Both the position numbers and the translations under genes were made by a program. Of a stretch of 64,000 bases of DNA, positions 19,080-29,815 are shown one piece after another; the first letter of the stretch is position 1, and each line of letters begins with the position of its first letter. The notes beneath the pieces were generated by a model, which saw nothing but the letters and a program-made list of their open reading frames with translations, did not search any database and was not told where the DNA came from. The stretch lies in the NCBI RefSeq assembly GCF_009914755.1, contig NC_060945.1; one strand, 5' to 3'. Origin of the DNA: the human T2T-CHM13v2.0 reference genome, Homo sapiens.

Positions 19080-20315
19080 ACCCATTGGTTGCCTGTCTAG
19101 CCTCCCCTTTGCTGCAAACTGTTTCTCCTTAGCTATAACCTCCAAATTTGTAGGGTTCAGAGGTAGTTATTAGCAGCCACAGTGATATGATTTGATCTAC
19201 TCTTTAGACCTGGCTGATTGGCCCAAGGGTGGACCAATGAACCAGTTTAGGCTAATCAAGTGCCAATTGAAGGAGAGCCTTGGAGTATCCCTTGGTGTTT
19301 AGAGGGATTATATGTAGACCAAGGAGCTGAGAATGGCTATCATCTATTGTGCAGATGGGAGAGCAGAGAAAAAGGGCCCTTTCAGAGAGAGAAGAAAGCT
19401 GACTGGCAGAGAAACAGAAAAAAAATGTGGAGAGCATCTTGGTTCTAGTCAGTTCCTGAGACTGTCAGCTGCATATTGCCTCGAGTCCTGGGAGACATCC
19501 GGTACACTTATAATAATTTATCTAGAGTCAGTTTCTACTATTTGTAACCCACAGAATTCTACCTAATACGCCTGAAAATATATTAAACTCATTGTGTAAA
19601 GCAATCTTGTGAGTTTTGTTTTCGAGAGAGCTACTTAGTTGTCTCAATTAGTGGAAAATTCCAGTGCAGATCTGACCTTTGGGTTTCAGAGTACAGGGAC
19701 TGATCCAAGGCATGTGCCCTGGTAAGCCCAAAAAATCAAGCTTACCTAAAACTCAACTCTTTCAGTAACTCTAGCCTGATAATCACTGCAAAATACCCAA
19801 CAATGACTGAGTGTTAGAAAGTTATAGGCAACTAACCATTTTTGACTTGTATAACATCTTATTATACTTAGAATAACTTATAGGGTGATATCCAAATTGC
19901 ATTATATGGTCTATGGCATAGACTGCTAGTTTACCGTACTCTGCAACGTAAAGCTACATTTCCCAGCCTTTCTTGAAGGCAAGGCAGGTCCACAGGAAGG
20001 ACAAAGTTCTGATCCATGGAATATGAGTGTAAGTGATGGGTTCAACTTCTGGGCCACTTCTTTAAAGGGAATTACTCAAGTCTTTTTTCTATTTTGCCAT
20101 ACTGTTCCTGGAATGTGAACATGGTGCTGGGAGCGGAACAGCCATAAAGAACCATGAGATTTAAGCCATGTCTTGTAAATAGACAGCAAGCTGGAAAAAG
20201 CCTGAGTCCCATGCCCTGGTTACATTCAGATCTTTCCACGAGAGACAAAGTCTTGTTTAAGTCACTGTTACTTTGACTTTTGTTTCAGTAGCTGAACCAG
20301 TACCCTGGCTATAAT
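19080..20315 (+). mobile_element. Old ERVL-type LTR fragments (LTR16/LTR33-like; ~19080-19568 and ~19950-20315)
   Basis: Diverged LTR motifs 'agctacatttcccagcc', 'cttgtttaagtcactgtt' and 'cctaatac'. Confidence 0.45.
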
Positions 20316-21889
20316 ATAGTCTTTGCATGGGAAAACAAAAAAGGAATGACTTTTATTGAGTCACAAATGGTCTAAATGTGGGCAGTTGTGCACTCTTGGA
20401 AAAAGCACCCAGGCTGCAGAAACAACTTAGCCCATGTGAGATGAGGAGTACCCATCTCACAAGGTGGAGGAACAAGGGAACATTTAGCCCAGAGAAGGGA
20501 GGGCTCAGGATAGACTATAAAACTGTCTTCAGACACAGGAGCTCATGTGACAGAGGGAGTAGACTTGTGCCATACGGCCCCACGGGTCTGAACTAAGACC
20601 AATAGGTTATGCAGGAAACTGAAGTGCTATGACCCAAAGAGTTCTGTCAGTCAGGGTTCTTGGCTATGAGCTACAGAAACAGACTCTGTGTAAAGCAAAA
20701 AAGAAATTTATTGAAATGATATTTGGGGGAATCACAGAATGGACTAGAGACCAGGGGACTGGCCAGGAGCCAAAAGCACTCTGGAGGGCTGGTAACCAGG
20801 AAGATTGGAAGCCACAGGCATGGAGCAGCAACGGTCTGGCCAACATCATGAGTGACTCTAACTGTTCCTCATGTTGTCCACTCAGGATTCAAAAGCATGG
20901 GGGAAGAGTCTGATTGGCCGCAGTTGAATGTCTTCCCTTCCTTGACTAAATGTAGGGTAGGAAAGGGGAAAATTTGGCTCTGTTGACTCTGGTATGAGAG
21001 TCAGGCACCACCTCCAAGAGGAACCAAGATGCTATGAGACAAATGTCCTGTGCTACCTGCAAAGATGCTTTTGAAGCCCATGAATCTGTGACCAGTGGCT
21101 CAGAATTGGGAAGGACTTGTCTATTCAACAGTTAGCTCCTTTCCTACTTCCCTCACATGCGCACACACTCTGCTGAATGATTCTGGTGATGAAAGGCTGA
21201 CTATCTCCCAAGTTCTTCCTCATGTGAAGATGAAATCAAGGCTGGGAGTTTAGACACTGCCTGGCGCTTAAGTCCCTCCCACTTTGGTCTCACTTTTGTA
21301 GAGTTGAGTCCCGTGATTCTCTTACTGAAAACTTTCCTCCTGTCAAACTTATTCACCCCATGTCACCACCCTCTGACCCCACCAAAACATCTTGTGCTCA
21401 TTCTCTTTCCTCTTATTTGTAAAATGTTATCCATTCTTCACATTCCAGCTTAAGTCCCACATCATACATGAAACATTCCTGAACCATCCCAGTTCAAAGT
21501 AATCCCTCTCTGGAAATTTTTGCCCTTAATCTTGATTAGACAGTTAATCACACTCTTTTTTATATGTTTTCTATTTTTTAGAATAGATATTTCAATCTTG
21601 TTAGGACAATTTAACTGTAAACACATTTATATCTTCTCTTGCTACCTAGATTTCTTACGCATCTTTGCATCTCCTGTAAACTATTTCTTATACTTCTTTG
21701 CATCTCCTGTAGAACTTAATGGGACTTTTTGTTTGTTTTGTCTTAATTGACTTGAATACCAGAAGTGGGTGTGATCTTGATCCTTTTATCCAGGAATTTG
21801 GGGAAGGGGAAACAGAGGAAGATGAAGATAGATGTACATCAGACAAACCAAAATGACTTTCCTCTGAGCATAATGATGTGAATGACTTA

Positions 21890-22730
21890 TATTTTTACAG
21901 TTTTGAGGTATAATTGATGTATAATAAACCATACATATTTAATGTATACAACTTGATATGTGTATATATAATCCATGAAACCATTGCCCTAATCGAGATA
22001 ATAAATATATCCATCACGCCCTCAGTTTCCTTATGCCACTTCATAATCTCTCTACTTCATTCTGACCCCAAGCAGCCATTGATTCATTTTATGTCACTAT
22101 AAGTTTGTATTTTCTAGAATTGTATATAAATAGAACCATTTAGTATGTACTCTTTTCTGTCTGGCTTCTTTCACTAAGCATAATTATTTTGAGATTCATC
22201 CATATTGTTGAATATATCAACAGTTCATTCCTTCTATTGCTGAGCAGAATTTCATTGTATAGGTATATCACAATTTGTTTTTCCATTCACCTGTTGATGG
22301 TTATTTGAGTTGTTTCAGTTATTGACTATTACAAACAAAGCTGCTGTGCACATTTGTGTACAAGTGTTTGTGCGGGCACATGCTTTCATTCATCTTAGAT
22401 AAATATCTAGGAGTACAATGGCTGGTCACATGGTAGGTCTGTGTATAACATTGCAAGAAATTACCGAAATGATCACACAATGTACATTCCCATAAGCAGT
22501 GCATGTTTCAGTTGCTCCATCTTCCCACCAGCACTTGGTGTTTTGAGTCTTTCTAATTTTAGCCATTCTAATAGGTATGCAGTGGTATTTCATTCCAGTT
22601 TTAATTTGTATTTTCTTAATAACTGATGTTGAAGATCTTTTCATGTGCTTATTGGCCCATCTTTGATGAAGTGTCTGTTCATTTAAAATGTTTAAAAAAT
22701 GGGTTGTTTTCTGTTTTCTTTTACTGGGTC
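21890..22730 (-). mobile_element. LINE-1 3' end (L1M-type), antisense
   Basis: 'ctggcttctttcactaagcataattattttgagattcatccat', 'ccattcacctgttgatgg' and 'ttttagccattctaatagg'. Confidence 0.85.
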
Positions 22731-24678
22731 TCTTTTCAACCATGGCTGATGATCACGAGGGCATTCTCCCATGTAGATCAACAGAACCATGTCCAGTCAG
22801 TCCCAGCAACAGGGGGTGGCATGAGCCTCACAGATGGCTGGACTTTGAGATGACACCTGCATGTTGACTGTCTTACCAGGAAGTGTTGCCTGGCAGTGTC
22901 ATGACACTTAGGTGGGGACCCAGTGAAGGTTTTGGGACTGACCCCCTCCTCTTGGTTAAAGCCCCGAATTAAGAGACTATTAGAGAAATAAGAGTTACTA
23001 CCTCAGCTCCTCAGAAGATGATCATGTTGCTATGAAGACTGATGAAAATAAAACATCCAAGAAGAAATGCTAATGAATTGAAGTGTAATAGAAGCCTTAC
23101 ATTAGGAGCTGTGGAAATACCAAAGGTGCATGTGGCCAGAACAAAGGCTAGTTGGTCAAGAATGTTTCTGGAGAAGAAACCCAAGACCGTAGTTGACACT
23201 GGCCCCATGAGCTGCCCCTCACACATCTCAGCAGTCGCCAAGCCCTGTGGTTCTGGTCTCCACCGCTCCTCTCTGCAGCCACCACAACGCCCTCCTCTGC
23301 ATTCCAGAGCAGGCACGCTTGCCCCCTTTGAAGCCTTCTGGGCCTCATCTCCTTCTGTCCTTTCATCTCCAGCCTTAAAACTCCATGCTGAGTGGGCCTG
23401 GCTCACCCAGCTCTCCCCGCCTGGCCCTGAGGACTGCCCCCCAGTTGATTTTGCGGGGTCCTCCCGAGGACCTTTGTTTAGCGCCTGGCCAGGGAGGCCC
23501 AGCCCCTGGAGACCCCTGCCCACCGCAGCAGTCTCTGGTGCCTGGCCTTTGTTCCCTTTACTAAATCTAAAATGCTTCCACATGTGTTCTTCTGATTTTG
23601 CAGTCGTGGAGAAAGAACATGAGGCTGTTTAATACCTCCAATTTCATTGACATTTAACATTAAGAACACTTGTGGGCCTGTTGGGGGACACTTTACAATC
23701 TTGTTATTAGGAAAAACTCTTTCAGCAAGCAGTGATGCAAGCAGTATTTTGTCTTTTTAAAGTCATAAGAGTTTTTAAAAAAATTCTCTCTTTCTTAAAA
23801 AAGATATTGTAGTAGAAGAATATCTCTCAAAAACATCCCATAATTTTTTTTTGGCAGGATAGGGTGAGATGGGGCTGGGAATAAGAGAACATGAGATTTA
23901 GGCAATCTTTCCTTTACCTTTTTTCTTATAAGTAGAGCCCAAGTTGAACCACACCCCCACCGTTGATGAAAGTTAGAAAAATAATCATGAAATTGGTGGA
24001 TTAAAAGAAAGAAAATGTTTAAAGAGCTCTCCAAATGTCCGCCCTAAGAAGTTCCATACAGTATTCCATTGTGCAAGGAACACAACCAATAGCACTTACA
24101 AGCTGACAGAGTTAGAGAGGTACAAATTAGCCTATGTAGCACCTGGGGGCTTATGGAGAAGAAAAAGAAGAATCAAAGCAAATGGGCATGGCCAAGAAGG
24201 TCTGAAAGGTGGGTGAGGGTGAGTGTAGGGGGATCAGGAAATACCAGCGGTTTCACTGATAAAAGTTACAAACGAAATACATTTGAAATGTGACTTGCAT
24301 TTGGGCCATTGGCTGAGGAACACAGATACATACAGGGCAGCAAGGCAAATAAATGGGGTTTTACAGGCCCAGGTCCTAGGAGTCAGTTAGGGAACAATCC
24401 CAGGACTTAGTGATGCAAAATTGGGGAGTTGGAGTATACTTTACCATGAATGGAGGCTCACTTTTATCTAGGAGAAGATGACAGGCTGATGAGAGTGATG
24501 ACTGACAGCTTAACAGATGATTTGGTGCTACCTTGGGATCACTGTCTCCATTAACTGGAAACAGTCACATTTCGCCACTTTCTGGGGGCAGTATTTAGAG
24601 ACACAAGGTTACCTAAGCAGAATGATGATTTGTGCTTATCTTACCTCTTCCCAATGACTGTTAGAACTCACCTTTTAG

Positions 24679-24897
24679 GGCCAGGTGCAGTGGCTCATGC
24701 CTGCAATCGCAACACTTTGGGAGGCCGAGGCAGGCGGATCACTTGAGGTCAGGAGTTCAAGACCAGCCTGGCCAATACGGTGAAACCCCGTCTCCATTAA
24801 AAGTAGAAAAATTAGCCGGGCATGGTGGCGGGTGCCTGTAATCCCAGCTACTAGGGAGACTCTGTCTCAAAAAAAAAAAAAAAAAAAAAAAAAGAAA
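24679..24897 (+). mobile_element. Alu with an internal right-arm deletion, TSD agaactcaccttttag
   Basis: Jumps from 'cagctactagggag' to 'actctgtctcaaaa'. 16-bp TSD at 24663-24678 and 24898-24913. Confidence 0.9.
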
Positions 24898-26476
24898 AGA
24901 ACTCACCTTTTAGAATACAGGAGTATCACACTCACAATGGATTAATCCATTAGCAACAGTAAAACTGCCATCATGGCATCATGGCACGCAGTGCATGCCT
25001 AAGAAGAATATGGCAAGCAAAAGTTTTTTCTTTGAATTGTGCCACCCCAGGGCTCTATGGCTTTGGATAAATAATGTACCTTGTTTTTGTATCAGATTCC
25101 TTATCTACAGACAAGGAGATCACTCATTTATTCACTTTCCACTGCCCACCTGTACTGTTAGGGTAAACCGGGATTCTGGCAGGAAAGATCAGTTTAAGGC
25201 TGTTTAGAGCCAAACTCCAATGCACTTGGATCATGGGAACTCATGTTATGGGCAAGTCTTGCCTTAAATCCTTGCTGCTGAGACACCTCCTTGCTTTGCA
25301 GAACAGCGCATTCAGGGACAGAAGGGGAAAAAGGAGCCAGACACAGGGACCAAGGAGACAAAGGAAAACCCCAAGAGTACAGGATCATGGATGGCCAAGA
25401 AGAGACCCTCAGGACTGCAGAGAGGTCCCTGACGATGATGCCAGGGAAACTACTTGGTGGACAAATGGAAGGCCAGTGGTGACAGTGTGAGGGAACACAG
25501 AGTGCAAAGGCTGGAAGATGCAGTGGGTCTGGGGATATGTGGCTGTGAGAAGAAGAAAAGAATGACAACTTGAGAGGGTAACAGGGTTATGACGAGGTTT
25601 TTCTTCCCCCTAGCTAGAAGAGACCTATATATGCTTCATGGCAGCAGGAAGAAGTCTGTGCAAGGGGAGAATTTGGCCACTTAAGGGAGGGCATTATATG
25701 GGTGCAAGGAGTGGGAGACTGCCATCACCCAGGGAAGAGGACAGAGTAGGACTACAATAAAAGTTGGTTGATCGACAGATAGTTGCTCAGTTTGCACTGG
25801 CTGGTAAACATAATGCTGTATGGTATTGGGGTTAAGCGTGCAGGCTCTGAGTTCTGCATAATTTGGGGCAAGTTGCTGAGATGTTTATGAAGTCTCCTTT
25901 TCCCTATATGTAAAATGGGGGCAGTTATAATACATATCTTTGTGGTAAGAACTGAGAGTTAATACATGCAAATAATTTAAAATAGGTTCTGGTTCATAGT
26001 TAATGCTCAAAATGTTAGACTCAGTAATAAAAATAATGGCCATCTTTGAGGATTAACGATTGAAAGCTCAAGGTCAAGTCTCATTATACAGCAACATAAA
26101 AGAAGAAGGTAAAGGTGATTAAACTGACCCAGGGCATATCTTGAGGTTCCTTTTTTACAAATAGGGCTGGATTTCAACTTCTGTTCTTATTCTTCTTTCC
26201 TATTCCCCCTCAAAAAAACTTACTTGAAAATTAATCAAACTTCTGGTTAATCAAATCTTAAACACATACCATAATAAATGTTTTGGAGAATCTAAGAGAG
26301 TCATTTTTAAATTAATATATCAAATGCTGCAGTAATATATTTCTATTATGCTGACTATACATAGTATAAAGTTAAAAATTGTTTTGGTGAATTTAAGTTT
26401 GTAGTTATAGTAGGAAGACACTAAATTTGCAACAGCATTCCTCGTGATTTAAAAAAAATCTTTTTTTTTTAAATGA

Positions 26477-27523
<1,047 letters not shown>

Positions 27524-28004
27524 TGAAGGTCCAGAAATTCCTTGTTTCCTTCTGTTATTTATAGTACGCTACTTATTTAAACCAAACATGAAGTTAATTG
27601 ACACTTAGCCAGGCAATTTGGATTACCTGTGTGGCTTCACACAGGTATGGGTTGTAGACAAGTCTAAAAATAGAAAATGTTAAAATCCAGCTATCTCAGA
27701 AAAACTTGGGTTCATCTCCATCTCCTACCTCCCATATGTCACAAATAGACGCATGGGATGTGAAATGGTAACCTCTGGGTAAGGTGACAAAGGTACTCTA
27801 ATCTTGGCTTACGTGGACTACACGGTTAATCCACTGAATAACAATCAGCATCTTCATCTGTGTGGTAGGAGAACCGGAGGTCAGAAGGGTAGAGGGGCGG
27901 CTAAAAGTACTTTGTTTCTATTACTGTATGACCTTGGACTAGTTACAAAACTTTTTGTGCCTACATTTCCTAATCCCTAATATGGGGTTAACAGTGCTTG
28001 CCTC

Positions 28005-28408
28005 TGTTTAAAAAAATTACTCAGTGATGCTTACTAAAGCATGGTAAGAAAGACTTTATTCAGGACCAACGCGATGGGTACAGGGATCAGGGAAACCCGG
28101 GGAGAGAGAGTGGGCTCCAATTCTGAATGCAGCGTCGGCAAGTAGAAATTTATGGCCATGTAAAATCACTAAGAGTAACCATCAGGGGGAAGAGGGATTC
28201 TGGCTCAACCGATCTAAAGGATTCTTGTAGAACTCAGGCCAGGGTGAAAAGACATGACTGGGGGATAAAGGAAGATGAGGAACCTGATCTGCTATGAGGG
28301 GATGGGGGTTCTGTGCTAGAACTGGATTTTACAAGGAAGTGCACAGATGGGCCTAGCATGAGATTCAGAAGCCTGACTAAAGTTTGGCCAAGCAAAGAAT
28401 CTTTGTCA
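28005..28408 (-). mobile_element. ERV1-class solo LTR (MER31/MER67-like) inserted in a MIR
   Basis: TG...CA termini and a 4-bp TSD CCTC (28001-28004 and 28409-28412). The minus strand starts tgacaaagattctttgcttggccaaactttagtcagg. MIR halves lie on both sides. Confidence 0.75.
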
Positions 28409-28821
28409 CCTCAGGGCTGTTGTGAGAATTTTAGGAGACACATCCACCAGCCTTGGCATGGGGCCTGATGCAGAGTAAGTGTTCACTAAACTTTACCTAT
28501 TAACGTTAAAGCACTTTAAGTTGACAAACACTCCACGTACAGAGCTTTTAATGGGGCAAACAAGGGGCAGAGGCCTCAGCTGCAGGGTACTCAACCTCTA
28601 AGGAAGGGCGCTGGAGAAAACTGCACTTGCAGAGCCCCTGGCTGGAGGGCGGAGAACCATGTGGGTGTAAAGGGATGGCAAGGGCAGAACGTATGCCCCT
28701 GCCCACCTTAGACAGTTGCTAAAGGGTCTCCCAGGCACTCAGCCTAGCCTTTAAGTGAAAGCGGAGGAAACATTTAAAGAAATGAGATAGAGTTAAGGTG
28801 TTCGCCTGCCCTCCGCTGAAA

Positions 28822-28979
28822 CACGTGGGGGCAGGTCAGGGGCACACCACAAATGCCCGTATCGCGCCTGTGTGTACCAGGCACCGTCCTCGGAGGTTAA
28901 CGTGCAGTAACTCACTCGGGTCCCCACTTTCGGCACAGGCAGCAGGCCCAAGGTCACGCAGTGCCAAGGGACTGAGTCA
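28822..28979. promoter_or_regulatory. Upstream motif cluster: E-box CACGTG (28822), ERR/NR5A-type CCAAGGTCA (28948), AP-1 TGAGTCA (28973)
   Basis: Consensus matches at the CpG island edge. Motif-level evidence only. Confidence 0.4.
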
Positions 28980-29113
28980 GACCCGAGCCCGCGCGCCGCG
29001 GCCCACGGCCTGTGCCAGCGCGCTCCTCGCCGGGTAGGGGGCCTGGTCAGCCGCGTCAGACCTGAGAGTTGTGGCTGGGGGCGAGAGCTGCACCCCCCTA
29101 CCGACCCCGGGCG

Positions 29114-29128
29114 GGAATGTTCCAGAAC
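29114..29128 (+). promoter_or_regulatory. Perfect three-unit heat shock element GGAAT-GTTCC-AGAAC
   Basis: nGAAn-nTTCn-nGAAn with no mismatch, about 530 bp upstream of the TSS. Confidence 0.65.
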
Positions 29129-29252
29129 CCCTGCGAGCAGCCGTTGGCCGCACAGCCCCCGGGCCGGCCGCGACCCCGCCTTGCGCCGCGAAGGTCCCTA
29201 GCTCCGGGGAGTCGCGGGCGAGGGGCACGCGCACGGACGAGACCGCACCGCA

Positions 29253-29263
29253 GCGCACGCGCA
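29253..29263 (+). promoter_or_regulatory. NRF1-like site GCGCACGCGCA
   Basis: 11/12 match to YGCGCAYGCGCR. NRF1 sites are typical of nuclear-encoded mitochondrial genes. Confidence 0.4.
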
Positions 29264-29309
29264 CTGGCGGGCACTCACTCGCCCGCCGCCCGGGAGGAGA
29301 AGGAAGGCA

Positions 29310-29320
29310 TGGAAAGTTCC
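29310..29320 (+). promoter_or_regulatory. Proximal tonicity-responsive enhancer (TonE/ORE, NFAT5 site) TGGAAAGTTCC
   Basis: Exact match to TGGAAANNYNY about 340 bp upstream of the TSS. SLC5A3 is an established NFAT5/TonEBP target. Confidence 0.7.
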
Positions 29321-29647
29321 AGCCGGTTCGAGAGCTAGGTAGCAGGCATGGCAGGAGGCGGGGTAGGGGCAGGCAGGGTCGCGAGGGGGCGTGCGGCCGC
29401 CGCGAGCCGCTCTGGGCCGCGTCTGCAGCACCGCCCCTAGCCGCGGCCGGCGGGCTGGGCTGGGGTCGGGGCGGGGGCGGTGCGGCGGGTGCGGGGCTGC
29501 GGAGGGGGCGTGGCGGCCGCCCGCGGGCGGAGAGGGGGCGGGGCGGCGGCAAGGCGCGCGGGCGGGGCGGGGCGCGCCGAGGGGGCGTGGCGCGGCGTCT
29601 GCGCAGCTGCCAGCGCCTTTAAGCCCGGGCTCGCGCTCTCGGACCGT

Positions 29648-29815
29648 GCTTTCGCCGCCTGGGAGCCGTCCGGCGCAGCAGTTTCTAGGTCCCCACTGTC
29701 CCCGCCGTCCCGCCCCTTCGCGTCCCGGGAACCGGCTGGCTTCCGAGCCGCACTCGCCGATCCTCCAGGCATGCCCCGCTACGAGCTGGCTTTAATCCTG
29801 AAAGCCATGCAGCGG
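29648..29815 (+). other. MRPS6: Shared first exon of MRPS6 and SLC5A3 (TSS approximate)
   Basis: TATA-like TTTAA at 29618-29622 about 30 nt upstream, GC boxes, and a strong 5' splice site at 29816. Sharing of exon 1 by the two genes is established knowledge. Confidence 0.8.
29771..29815 (+). CDS. MRPS6: MRPS6 coding part of exon 1 (MPRYELALILKAMQR, 15 codons, phase 0). The rest of the gene is outside the window.
   Basis: ATG in CAGGC-ATG-C context (G at -3). The translation matches the N-terminus of mitochondrial ribosomal protein S6 (bS6 family M.YE motif). It is followed directly by a consensus donor CGG|GTAAGT at 29816. Confidence 0.95.

Noticed and set aside
23011-23632. Overlapping 196-aa (+) and 190-aa (-) ORFs
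   Set aside because: No recognisable domain and no splice or promoter support. Explained by a locally GC-rich stretch, which may be enhancer-like but cannot be shown from sequence.
29696-29770. In-frame CTG that could add an N-terminal presequence to MRPS6
   Set aside because: Weak initiation context, and open frames are expected in GC-rich UTRs.
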